Shown: positions 29,689 to 38,306 of the stretch, one piece after another
Numbering within the stretch: position 1 is the stretch's first letter
Layout of the letters: each line of letters opens with the position of its first letter
NCBI GenBank assembly: GCA_038065955.1
Contig: JBBTPY010000001.1
Span: 1,890 to 65,889, forward strand
Length of the DNA: 64,000 nucleotides
Origin: Patescibacteria group bacterium
Lineage (GTDB): Bacteria > Patescibacteriota > Minisyncoccia > UBA6257 > UBA9933
Reading direction: 5' to 3'
The notes under the pieces: generated by a model
The model's database searches: none
Told to the model about the DNA's origin: nothing
Seen by the model: only the letters and a program-made list of their open reading frames with translations
Made by a program: the position numbers and the translations under genes

Positions 29689-30933
29689 ATGACATTTCAA
29701 AAGATAAAAATTTCAATTTTCCTGCTATTCATCTTGTTGGCGCCATTAGGTCTGTTTTTAAGCGCCGAAAATTCATTAGCCGAAGCCGATAAAATGATTA
29801 TTTATTTTTTCGGCAGAGACGACTGTAAATATTGCCTGGCGGAAAAAGCTTTTTTTGAAAATCTTAAAGCGGAAAGAAGCGATTTTGAAGTCGTTTATTA
29901 CGACGTCGCGGCAAAAGAAAACAGGGAAAAATTTTACGAGCTCGCAATCGCGAAAAGCCTTCCGAAAATCACTCCGCTTACTCTCGTCAGCGGTGTTTTA
30001 ATTCAAGGTTTTGACTCGTCTGAAACAACCGGGGCGAGAATTATAAAAATTTTAGATTCCAACGCCGGCAAAAAAAGCCCAAGCCTTGAAGAATTTTTAG
30101 CTTCCGACTCCAATGAAATTTTAAAAACTGGCAGCGGCTGCGAAGAAGACAGCTTAATCCCCTGCGAAATCAACGGCCAAAAAGAGTTTATGTTTAAGCT
30201 CCCATTTCTTGGCGTCGTCAATCTTTCCGATTATTCGCTTTTCGCTTTGGCGGCGATTTTGGGTTTCGTTGACGGCTTTAATCCTTGCGCGATGTGGGTG
30301 CTTTTGGTTTTTCTCTTAATACTCCTTCAAATCGGCGACCGTAAAAAAATGTGGCAAATCGCCGGACTTTTTATTTTAGCTGAAGCGGCGATGTATTATT
30401 TGATTTTAAATGTCTGGTATAAAACTTGGGATTTTGTCGGCCTTGATTATATTGTAACTCCGCTTATAGGAATCTTGGCGAGCGGAGCCGGAATTTATTT
30501 TCTTTACAAATATTTTACGGTAAAAACTTTGGTTTGCGATGCTTCCGACGCCAAACAAAAACAAAAAATAGAAGGGAAAATTATGCGCTTGGCGCATTCG
30601 CCGCTGACGATTATCACCGCTCTGGGCGTAATCGGCGTGGCTTTTTCAGTCAATATTATAGAATTCGCCTGTTCAATTGGCATTCCGCAAGCGTTCACGA
30701 AAATTCTGGAAATAAACAACCTCGGATTTATATCCGTCCAGTTTTACACTTTCGTTTATATTCTTCTTTATATGATTGACGATTTAATCGTTTTCGGCCT
30801 GGCTTTGTACGGCTTTAATAAACTTCAAACCGCCAGCTATAAATATTCGCGGCTTTCAAGTTTAATCGGCGGAATTCTAATGCTGATTTTGGGGCTGCTC
30901 TTGATTTTTTATCCGGAACTGCTGGTTTTTTAA
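29689..30933 (+). CDS. Thioredoxin/glutaredoxin-fold domain fused to a CcdA/DsbD-like membrane domain
   Basis: CKYC in the exported domain; 'DGFNPCAMWVL' and 'EFACS.G.P' in the TM part. Confidence 0.8.
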   Translation: MTFQKIKISIFLLFILLAPLGLFLSAENSLAEADKMIIYFFGRDDCKYCLAEKAFFENLKAERSDFEVVYYDVAAKENREKFYELAIAKSLPKITPLTLVSGVLIQGFDSSETTGARIIKILDSNAGKKSPSLEEFLASDSNEILKTGSGCEEDSLIPCEINGQKEFMFKLPFLGVVNLSDYSLFALAAILGFVDGFNPCAMWVLLVFLLILLQIGDRKKMWQIAGLFILAEAAMYYLILNVWYKTWDFVGLDYIVTPLIGILASGAGIYFLYKYFTVKTLVCDASDAKQKQKIEGKIMRLAHSPLTIITALGVIGVAFSVNIIEFACSIGIPQAFTKILEINNLGFISVQFYTFVYILLYMIDDLIVFGLALYGFNKLQTASYKYSRLSSLIGGILMLILGLLLIFYPELLVF

Positions 30934-30935
30934 AA

Positions 30936-30967
30936 AAATATCGCTATCTTATAAGATAGCGATATTT
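30936..30967. terminator. 32-bp perfect palindrome between convergent genes (likely terminator)
   Basis: aaatatcgctatctta|taagatagcgatattt. Confidence 0.6.
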
Positions 30968-30973
30968 AAAAAA

Positions 30974-31633
30974 TTAACTATTGATTTTGCTTTCCATTAT
31001 TTGCTTAAACTCTTCATAACTTCTCGACTGGATTTTTTCGCCGTTCAGGAAAAACGTCGGCGTGGAATTGACGCCGGCCGATTGCCCGCCTCTTAAATCG
31101 GACGCGACTTTATTTTTCAATTCTTTTGATTTTAAGTCATTTTTAAATTGTTCAACGTTCAATTCAATTTTTTCGGCGTATTTTATAAAAATTTCCTCTG
31201 CATTGCCGGCTTTTTCCCATTCTTCCTGATTTTCAAAAATTGCGTCATGCATCTGCCAGAATTTATTTTGCCGGCCGCCGGCCTCCGAAGCCAAAGCCGC
31301 CAGTTCGGCGTTTTTATGCTGAGGCAAAGGAAAATGGCGATAAACAAACGCCATTTTGTCATTAAATTCTTCAACTATTTTTTTTGTTATTGGCGCGTAA
31401 ACGGCGCAAGCCGGACATTGAAAATCGCTGTATTCAATTAAAATTGTTTTGGCTTCGCGGCTTCCTTTGATTTGGTCCGTTGAAACTACCGCGTTAACCG
31501 GTAAAGCCGCGGAATTTGAAGAATCACCTTTTAATTTTACAGCGGCAAAAATAAAACCGCCGACAACGGCCAAAATCGCCATTCCAAAAATAATTTTTTC
31601 AATCATTATTCTTTTTTCGCTTATTAAGGGCAT
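30974..31633 (-). CDS. DsbA-family thiol-disulfide oxidoreductase
   Basis: 'EYSDFQCPAC', 'YRHFPL', 'GVNSTPTFFLNG'. Confidence 0.93.
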   Translation of the reverse strand: MPLISEKRIMIEKIIFGMAILAVVGGFIFAAVKLKGDSSNSAALPVNAVVSTDQIKGSREAKTILIEYSDFQCPACAVYAPITKKIVEEFNDKMAFVYRHFPLPQHKNAELAALASEAGGRQNKFWQMHDAIFENQEEWEKAGNAEEIFIKYAEKIELNVEQFKNDLKSKELKNKVASDLRGGQSAGVNSTPTFFLNGEKIQSRSYEEFKQIMESKINS

Positions 31634-31776
31634 AAACTTTAATATATCTTGTTTCCTATTGTAATTTTTAAAACATCGGTTATAATACCATCATTACTTG
31701 TAATAACTCCTTTAGCTTATTAATTAGCGTAAGGTTCGGTCGAGTACAAGAATATTATAAAAAATTAAAAAAGTAA

Positions 31777-32121
31777 ATGGCTAAAAAATTATTTATTGGA
31801 AGTCTTTCTTTTGGAACTACCGACGAGCAGTTGAAAGATTTCTTCAGTCAAGCCGGCGCAGTTGATTCAGCCGTGGTAATCACCGATAAATTCTCGGGAA
31901 GAAGCCGCGGATTCGGATTCGTTGAAATGCCGAATGACGAAGAAGCCCAGAAAGCGATTGAAACGCTTAATGGCAAAGAATTAGACGGAAGAACGATTGT
32001 CGTCAACGAAGCCAAACCGCGCGAAGACAGAAAAGGCGGTTTTGACAGAGGACGCGGCGGATTTGATCGCGGCGGACGCGGCGGCGGACGAGACGATTTC
32101 AGAAGAAGAGATAATTTCTAA
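31777..32121 (+). CDS. RRM RNA-binding protein with RGG tail
   Basis: RNP2 'LFIGSL', RNP1 'RGFGFVEM'. Confidence 0.95.
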   Translation: MAKKLFIGSLSFGTTDEQLKDFFSQAGAVDSAVVITDKFSGRSRGFGFVEMPNDEEAQKAIETLNGKELDGRTIVVNEAKPREDRKGGFDRGRGGFDRGGRGGGRDDFRRRDNF

Positions 32122-32133
32122 TTAAACTTAGAA

Positions 32134-32169
32134 TAAAAAAACAGGCGCCTTAAAGCGCCTGTTTTTTTA
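32134..32169 (+). terminator. Intrinsic terminator
   Basis: aaaaaaacaggcgc-cttaaa-gcgcctgttttttt. Confidence 0.85.
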
Positions 32170-32205
32170 TTTGCCAATTATATTTTTCTTCGTTATTATT
32201 AAAAT

Positions 32206-32508
32206 ATGAACAAATTTGAAAATATCAAAACTCAACCAGAAAATGGAATGGAACGGCGGCAAAGAATTAAAAATGAAATTATTATTAAAGTGGCGGCAAA
32301 ACTTGCCGAAGAAGACGCTGAAAAAAGATGGGAAGGCAGACCGATTAAAGAAGAACTCCAAAGCCATTACGACGCCGACAGAGTAAAAAAATCCGAAGAA
32401 ATAAAAGAAATTTTGGAGCGCGTTTACGAAGAATACGGCGATATGATACTTTCCGCGTCGAATCCCCAGGAAGCGCTGGAAAAACTTTATTTTAAGGAAA
32501 ATGAATAA
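32206..32508 (+). CDS. Hypothetical charged protein
   Basis: 100-aa ORF, MNKFE-type start. Confidence 0.65.
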   Translation: MNKFENIKTQPENGMERRQRIKNEIIIKVAAKLAEEDAEKRWEGRPIKEELQSHYDADRVKKSEEIKEILERVYEEYGDMILSASNPQEALEKLYFKENE

Positions 32509-33475
32509 ATTTATCCGGTTCTCCGAAATGCGCCAATGTTTTTTTCGCCGACGCTTCCGCTAAGGCGCGGAGTTTTAAAGAATTTCTTGTCAAAGAATGA
32601 GCGTTATTATTCGGCGCCCATAAAATTCCAAAATTAAGATTATATTGAGATTTAAGATAATCAAGAGTCTCTTGATGATAAAAATGTCTATTCAAAAAAG
32701 GTTGCCTTAGATGTTTAGGAACATTTCGCAACGCAAAACGCTCAAAAGCGCTTTTTAAAATTGATTGACCGCTTTTTTTATAATCATAAGCCGGCCGATT
32801 GGCAATAATAAGTAAATCTGTGGGGTTAAAATCATTAATTATTTTTTTAATCGGAAAAGAGTCTCCAACCATTCCGTCTATATACGCGCGTCCATTAATA
32901 TACACCTCTTTATTGTATAATCCAATTATGGCCGTTGACGCCTTTATCGCGGTTATCATATCGGGGACTGTTTTAGCGTTTAATAAAACGCCTTCTCCTT
33001 TTTGAGCGTCGGTTGCGGCAACAAAAAATTTGGAACGATGAGAATGAATCGCGTCAATATCAAGTTTTTTTGAACCAATTCTAAAAATTGACTCTAAAAA
33101 GTCGATATCCGCTATCGGTGTCCGGCTATATTTAATAAATCGCGGCGGCAAATCTTGATAATAAATTGACGTTCCAATCGCCGACTGTTCAGGCCCGGCC
33201 AAATAATACGCGCCTATCGGAGCGCCGGTAGAAACCCCTATTACAACATCAAACACATCATTAAGACCGAGAGAATGAAAGGCATTGACAACTCCTCCTC
33301 CGGATACCCCTCTCATCCCGCCGCCAAGTATAAGCAACGCGGTTTTAATATTTTTATGCCGCTCATCGTTCTTTAAAAGAAAATCGCGTTTTTTATATAA
33401 ATTTTGAATAAGTTTTAAAGAAGGCGAAAAATCGTCTTCTCTTAAAAAGTTTTTCCGCTTATTAAAATTTTGCAT
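32492..33475 (-). CDS. Patatin-like phospholipase
   Basis: 'LGGGMRG', nucleophile 'GVSTG', 'YIDG'. Confidence 0.9.
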   Translation of the reverse strand: MQNFNKRKNFLREDDFSPSLKLIQNLYKKRDFLLKNDERHKNIKTALLILGGGMRGVSGGGVVNAFHSLGLNDVFDVVIGVSTGAPIGAYYLAGPEQSAIGTSIYYQDLPPRFIKYSRTPIADIDFLESIFRIGSKKLDIDAIHSHRSKFFVAATDAQKGEGVLLNAKTVPDMITAIKASTAIIGLYNKEVYINGRAYIDGMVGDSFPIKKIINDFNPTDLLIIANRPAYDYKKSGQSILKSAFERFALRNVPKHLRQPFLNRHFYHQETLDYLKSQYNLNFGILWAPNNNAHSLTRNSLKLRALAEASAKKTLAHFGEPDKFIHFP

Positions 33476-33516
33476 GTTTAATTTCCCTCAATTTGCGGTG
33501 TCTGTTTGAAAATATC

Positions 33517-33672
33517 CCTGCCTGCCTGCCGGCAGGCAGGTCCCCCCGAACCCTTGCCTGCCCGACGAATAGGCGGGAACCGGAGCGGAAAGCATGCCCC
33601 GTAGTGAACGCGGAGCGTTCTACTACTGGGAGACGATTTTCCGCCAGAGGCGGATCTGCCTCAGACATGACA
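33517..33672. repeat. Cluster of four different GC-rich palindromes
   Basis: cctgcctgcctgccggcaggcagg (33517-33540, identical to 40441-40464), cctgcccg..ggcggg, cccgtagt..actactggg (33598-33630), tccgccagaggcgga... (from 33640). Confidence 0.85.
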
Positions 33673-33748
33673 AGTTTTTCTTTAGCGGCAAATTCTTCAA
33701 AAAGAAAGGGGCACTACCTTTCTTTTTGAAAATTAGTGCCCCTACTTG

Positions 33749-34267
33749 CTAACCGTGACGATATCGCTTGATATTTAAGAAACGCTTTACAATTTCCGAT
33801 TCATCAAAATCTGTTCGCTTCATACGTCTTCCTTGTTTCTTCATTTGTGTAATAAGCCATCGCGCCAGTTTCCACTCGAGAGTGCTTCCTTTTCCAAAAT
33901 GTCCCGTCCGCGTCTCGGCAGAGATAATCCATTTCGGATCCTGTGCGATTGGAGTACAGAGAAAATAGAGAGTGGCTTTCTGAAGCATCGCACCTTCCCA
34001 ATTCCGAAACGAGCTTTCAAGAGAACCGAGATATGCGATAACGCGAGCTTTCATTCCGAATTCTTCTTTGAGGCCGCGTGCGAGTGCCCCCTCAAGTGAT
34101 TCGTATGGTTTCAAGGTTTTCCGCATAAGAAGCACAAATTCAGGGTTAGTGTTGCCTTTCGGAAAATGATGGCAATAAATCTCTCCTTTCCGATTGACTA
34201 CTATCGCGCCAACCGAAAGATGATATGGCGAACGCCTTGTGCCGATGAAATAGTGTAATTTTTTCAT
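33749..34267 (-). CDS. NUDIX-like hydrolase (degenerate Nudix box)
   Basis: 'SVGAIVVN', 'ESLEGALARGLKEEFG'; SD AAGGAG; own terminator-like hairpin at about 33707-33744. Confidence 0.75.
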   Translation of the reverse strand: MKKLHYFIGTRRSPYHLSVGAIVVNRKGEIYCHHFPKGNTNPEFVLLMRKTLKPYESLEGALARGLKEEFGMKARVIAYLGSLESSFRNWEGAMLQKATLYFLCTPIAQDPKWIISAETRTGHFGKGSTLEWKLARWLITQMKKQGRRMKRTDFDESEIVKRFLNIKRYRHG

Positions 34268-34310
34268 GCGTTTTACTCCTTTCTTTTTCTTTGTTAAGTT
34301 GCGACCTTTA

Positions 34311-34433
34311 TTATATATGAAAATTTTCTTTTACCAAAATGTGGTTCGAGCCGATATTTTTAACTAGCTCTTTGGCAGTTTTTGCCTCGCACAGCGAGAC
34401 GACGATTTCAAGTTTTTCTTTGGCGGCAAATTC
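34311..34433 (-). pseudogene. Collapsed large serine recombinase relic
   Basis: EFAAKEKLEIVVSLCEAKTAKE (resolvase catalytic-domain-like) fused to KNIGSNHILV (C-terminal-like); no start codon. Confidence 0.6.
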
Positions 34434-34438
34434 TTATA

Positions 34439-34978
34439 TTATTCTATTCCTTTGGCTAAATTTTTCAAACCATTTGTTCCTTCGTAAAAATCTTTAGCCC
34501 AAAGTATTCGGTCAAAATCTCGTAGCGAAAAATTATATTTACGAGCCAATCTTTTACATTTTCCCAAATATTCAAAATATGTAGAGATTTTTGCGGTTGG
34601 GTTTCCGGCTATTTCCTCACCAAAGTTTTTCAGGGACGCACAAGCCCGATAATCTGCAACCGTAAATTCATCAGGATAGCATACGGTCAAAATCGCGGAG
34701 GCCATGGGTATACCGATACTAGGGATTGAAGTAAGAATATTGATTTTCTCTTCGAGCGATTTGGCTCGAAACACTTCTGATGTAATTGCCAAAATAGTTT
34801 TTCTGCTTTTCTCAATTCCTCTACTGACATTCGTTTTCGCTCGGTTGGATTTCCAAATTATAATTGCAAAAAATTCTTCGGGAGTTAGATAACCTCGTTT
34901 CTGAAAATTTTGGCTCACATCGTTAAATAGATAATTTTCTAAGAAATAGTATTTTAAAAATTTTTCTAAATCATTCAT
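34439..34978 (-). CDS. Helix-hairpin-helix DNA glycosylase-like protein
   Basis: 'IIIWKS', HhH 'LTSIPSIGIPMASAIL', conserved Asp in 'VADYR', 'RDFDRILW'. Confidence 0.7.
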   Translation of the reverse strand: MNDLEKFLKYYFLENYLFNDVSQNFQKRGYLTPEEFFAIIIWKSNRAKTNVSRGIEKSRKTILAITSEVFRAKSLEEKINILTSIPSIGIPMASAILTVCYPDEFTVADYRACASLKNFGEEIAGNPTAKISTYFEYLGKCKRLARKYNFSLRDFDRILWAKDFYEGTNGLKNLAKGIE

Positions 34979-34982
34979 ATTT

Positions 34983-35600
34983 TTATTTCTTTGCTATTAC
35001 TACGAATTTATTAAAACCAAACTCTTCTTTGCTTTCTGCTCGCCTAGAAAACTCGACCAAAATGGAAAATCCTATTTTATTGAGAATTTCTTTGATTTCC
35101 TTAGATGACATAATATTAAGAAAAATTTTTTCGTCCGGCTTTAGCGGTTCGGCTAGAAGTACTTCTTGCGAGTCTCCTTCTTGGATTCCAATATAAATAA
35201 CTCCTTTGGGTTTTAGCAATTTATAAAAATTACCAACCGTTTTATCAATATCTTTTTTGGGAATATGAATAAGCGAAAAAGAAGCAATAATGCCGTCAAA
35301 AGTATTTGGCTTAAAATTTAATTTACGTATGTCAGCTTTTTTGAAATGTACTTTCGGATTTTTCTTTCTTGCTATTTCAAGAATTCTTTCAGAAATATCA
35401 ACCCCGATTACGTCAAAATCTTTTGAGATAATATAAGCAACATCCACTCCTGGCCCACAGCCTGCATCTAAAATTTTTCCTCCTTTCTTAATCAACTTTA
35501 GAAAATCATCTATGTTATCAGAAGGTTCATTAAATTTGTCAGCATAAGAAACACTTATCTCGTCATATACACTTGCAGTTAATTTGGTTTTATCTTTCAT
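34983..35600 (-). CDS. Class I SAM-dependent methyltransferase
   Basis: 'ILDAGCGPG', 'GVDIS', 'FDGI...SLIH', 'LKPKG'. Confidence 0.92.
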   Translation of the reverse strand: MKDKTKLTASVYDEISVSYADKFNEPSDNIDDFLKLIKKGGKILDAGCGPGVDVAYIISKDFDVIGVDISERILEIARKKNPKVHFKKADIRKLNFKPNTFDGIIASFSLIHIPKKDIDKTVGNFYKLLKPKGVIYIGIQEGDSQEVLLAEPLKPDEKIFLNIMSSKEIKEILNKIGFSILVEFSRRAESKEEFGFNKFVVIAKK

Positions 35601-35604
35601 GGGA

Positions 35605-35817
35605 TTATTTCATTAAATCATCAATTGAAACGCCCAGTCCTCTTGCGATTTTTGCCATAGTTTCAATTGTAGGGTTAGGCGTTGCGCCAGATTCAATTTT
35701 AATAATCACATTGTAAGCAATATCAGCCAGCTTTGAGAGCTTATCCTGTGAAATGCCTTGTTTCTGCCTGTATTTCTTAATGTTCTTTGCAATTGTTGGT
35801 AATTCTTTTGACTTCAT
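35605..35817 (-). CDS. XRE-family HTH regulator
   Basis: 'NIKKYRQKQGISQDKLSKLA...IESG..PNPTIETM.KIA..LGVSIDDL'. Confidence 0.93.
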   Translation of the reverse strand: MKSKELPTIAKNIKKYRQKQGISQDKLSKLADIAYNVIIKIESGATPNPTIETMAKIARGLGVSIDDLMK

Positions 35818-35928
35818 AGTATAATTATACTAGTATAGATAGCGAGATAAGTTTTACTACTATAACTTTACCAAAAATTATGAATTTAATCAATAAGAAT
35901 TCAAAAAGCCCGCTTCTGGCGTTCCGCT

Positions 35929-36069
35929 TTGCGGAACAAAGGCAAAAAATTTGATTTTGAACCGAAAATCGGCTGGCGAGCCCGCGTAGCGGGCGAGCCA
36001 ATGACTGCATTTCCTAACTGGCGGTATGTATTTGACAAAGTTCGAATGTATTTCGGACAAAAAATACCG
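35929..36069 (+). pseudogene. Large serine recombinase C-terminal relic
   Basis: KGKKFDFEPKIGWRARVAGEPMTAFPNWRYVFDKVRMYFGQK; divergent from the XRE gene; shares FEPK..W and an internal hairpin with the other relics. Confidence 0.55.
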
Positions 36070-36101
36070 CCAATAGAAACTTCACGATTTGAAAGGGTTG
36101 C

Positions 36102-37442
36102 TCAATGGCTCCGCTTGTTTTGCGCCCCCGCAACAGTAGAATCTGACTGCGCGCGGAATTCGGCATCTTTTATTAATACATCCGGATGCACCCGGAAAGT
36201 ACGCTCGTTCCAGCCGAAAAGATACAAACCCGAAAGCCGCCTGACGCGTGAAAGCGCGACATAGCCCTGCCCAAATTCAAATACATTACTTAAATCCATA
36301 GCCGCCTCGTCCAAACTCATGCCCTGACTCTTATGTACCGTGATTGCCCAAGCGAGACGAAGCGGCAATTGAGAAATTCGCGCGCGGATATTGCCGTCCT
36401 CTTCCATCGACCAATCCATCGACTCAACCTTAATCCATCTTCCATTCCGCGTCTTAACAGTTGGATAGCCGCTGTGTTTATCAAATTCTTCAACCACGCC
36501 GAGCGTGCCATTTACGAAACTTCCTTTCTGATTATTCTTTGTGAACATCACCGCCGCGCCAACTTTGAGATAAAGCATCTCCGGCGAAAGACACCCTCTC
36601 TTAAGCGCGGAAACAAGCGCGTCCGGGCCTTGCGAAGACATAGTGAATACTCGCGGTTTGCCGGAAAGTTTAGAGAGCACCTCGTTATTTACGCGATCCA
36701 CATCGGCATTATGCGAAAATAGTTTCGGTACGCCGTCCGGCGCGGCATGAGGATCAATTTTTCTTGTTTCAATGCGGCTCAAGTGATCGCTGTCAAAAAT
36801 ATTATTCCGAATCGCCGAGAGCAGAACGAGAAAATTACTGTCATCCTGCCGGTACTGTTCGGTGAGATAACAGACGGTTGGGTTTGCGCGTTTCCACGCG
36901 GGAGAGTCATAAGCAAAACGAGCCGGCGGTTCTTCTCGGCCCAAGGCTGATCCGCCTTCGGCGGAAATGAGCGCCGTTTGCGCATCGTCTCCAATTTCTG
37001 TTTTTACAATCGGCGGCAATTGGAAAAAGTCGCCGACTAAAACAATTTGAACGCCGCCGAACGGCTCCGAACTCTGTTTTATTTCGCGACATACGGCATC
37101 AACCATGGATAGTGTTTCGGGAGAAAGCATGGAAACTTCGTCTATAATAAGTATTTTGGAGCGCTGGACGCGTTTTGCGATGCGTCTATTTGACGCGATT
37201 TTATTAAGACCATATTTGTCCAATTTTGTTTTAATTCCTATACCGCTCCAAGAGTGGATTGTCATCCCACCTATATGCGTCGCGGCAATGCCGGTTGAGG
37301 CCGTAATCGCCGGCTCAATGCCATGCGCGCGCGAATATGCCGCATATTCATTGATAGTATGCGTCTTGCCGGATCCGGGCTCGCCTGTTAAAAAAACATT
37401 TGCGCCGGTCTTCAATATTGACAGCGCTTGGGATTGGGTCAT
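36102..37442 (-). CDS. PIF1-family helicase (possibly C-terminally truncated)
   Basis: GEPGSGKT, 'ASTGIAA...GGMTIHSW', 'IIDEVSML', 'GDFFQLPP', 'PLRLAWAITVHKSQG', 'GQGYVALSR'; in-frame SAEGGSALG insert. Confidence 0.93.
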   Translation of the reverse strand: MTQSQALSILKTGANVFLTGEPGSGKTHTINEYAAYSRAHGIEPAITASTGIAATHIGGMTIHSWSGIGIKTKLDKYGLNKIASNRRIAKRVQRSKILIIDEVSMLSPETLSMVDAVCREIKQSSEPFGGVQIVLVGDFFQLPPIVKTEIGDDAQTALISAEGGSALGREEPPARFAYDSPAWKRANPTVCYLTEQYRQDDSNFLVLLSAIRNNIFDSDHLSRIETRKIDPHAAPDGVPKLFSHNADVDRVNNEVLSKLSGKPRVFTMSSQGPDALVSALKRGCLSPEMLYLKVGAAVMFTKNNQKGSFVNGTLGVVEEFDKHSGYPTVKTRNGRWIKVESMDWSMEEDGNIRARISQLPLRLAWAITVHKSQGMSLDEAAMDLSNVFEFGQGYVALSRVRRLSGLYLFGWNERTFRVHPDVLIKDAEFRAQSDSTVAGAQNKRSH

Positions 37443-38296
37443 TAAATTTCTAAATTATAAAAATAGATATCTTGTCCGTAACCTCCAACGCCGAGATACT
37501 CCGCTTGTCCTTTTAAAATGGCCTCAAATGGTTTGCACGCAAAGCAACCCCCGTCCCCGCGAGGACAATTAAATGCTTTTTTCTCTCGCGCAACTTTCAC
37601 TTGCATCGCAATTTCAAGAACTTTTTTTCTGGCTTCATCGATATCGGGTAAAATCATATCAACGGGTTTGTCGTCTCTATCAAGATACCAATACGCCGCG
37701 CCGGAAATTTTACGCTTTTGCAAGGCATTCAAAAGTAAAAGATAAATTGGAAGCTGAAGAGAATCTCCGCCTTCATTATGTTTGCCCGTTTTAAAATCAA
37801 TAACGCGAATGCTATCATCTTGCTCAATATATTCCAACCAGTCAATGCGTCCGTTTAAAATTATATTTTCTTCTTCGGAAAGAAAAAAATTTGGCGCCAT
37901 GCCGTTATGGCCTTCTTTGAGGCGTATTATTTTTCGAACGATTGGCCCCGGATTTTTTATAACCCGTTCTATCATCGCTTTGCCACGAGCTTTTATTTCA
38001 GATTCCTCAGTATCATTCTTAAAGCCCCCTTTTTTTCCCGATACATCGTTCCATGCCTTTTCAAAGTCCGCCAAAAGATCGCGCTTGGTTCTTTTATTAA
38101 AAGGAATGTTTTTTAAAGGCTCAAGAGTAGAATGAACCGCCTGGCCAAGCGAAAGCGTCGGATTCACAATATTTATTTTTCGTCCCGTTTTGGGATCTTT
38201 ATAAACATTGCGCAAATAGTACGCCCGCGGGCACTTTAAAAAATCCCCCATGGAAGAATGCGATACCCATATTGCCGTGTATTTATCTTGAGACAT
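37442..38296 (-). CDS. PD-(D/E)XK nuclease family protein
   Basis: 'SHSS..DFLKCPRAYY', 'GRIDW', 'IDFKTG', 'QLPIY', C-terminal Cys cluster; stop overlaps the helicase start. Confidence 0.9.
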   Translation of the reverse strand: MSQDKYTAIWVSHSSMGDFLKCPRAYYLRNVYKDPKTGRKINIVNPTLSLGQAVHSTLEPLKNIPFNKRTKRDLLADFEKAWNDVSGKKGGFKNDTEESEIKARGKAMIERVIKNPGPIVRKIIRLKEGHNGMAPNFFLSEEENIILNGRIDWLEYIEQDDSIRVIDFKTGKHNEGGDSLQLPIYLLLLNALQKRKISGAAYWYLDRDDKPVDMILPDIDEARKKVLEIAMQVKVAREKKAFNCPRGDGGCFACKPFEAILKGQAEYLGVGGYGQDIYFYNLEI

Positions 38297-38306
38297 TTTT
38301 ACTCGC

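Larger units (their letters stand above)
33671..34435. repeat. 27-bp direct repeat flanking the NUDIX cassette
   Basis: caagtttttcttt(a/g)gcggcaaattctt at 33671-33697 and 34409-34435. Confidence 0.85.

Noticed and set aside
33462-33729. Overlapping ORFs on both strands
   Set aside because: Composed of translated palindromes (LPAGR, SARGGSAS, ADPPLAE)
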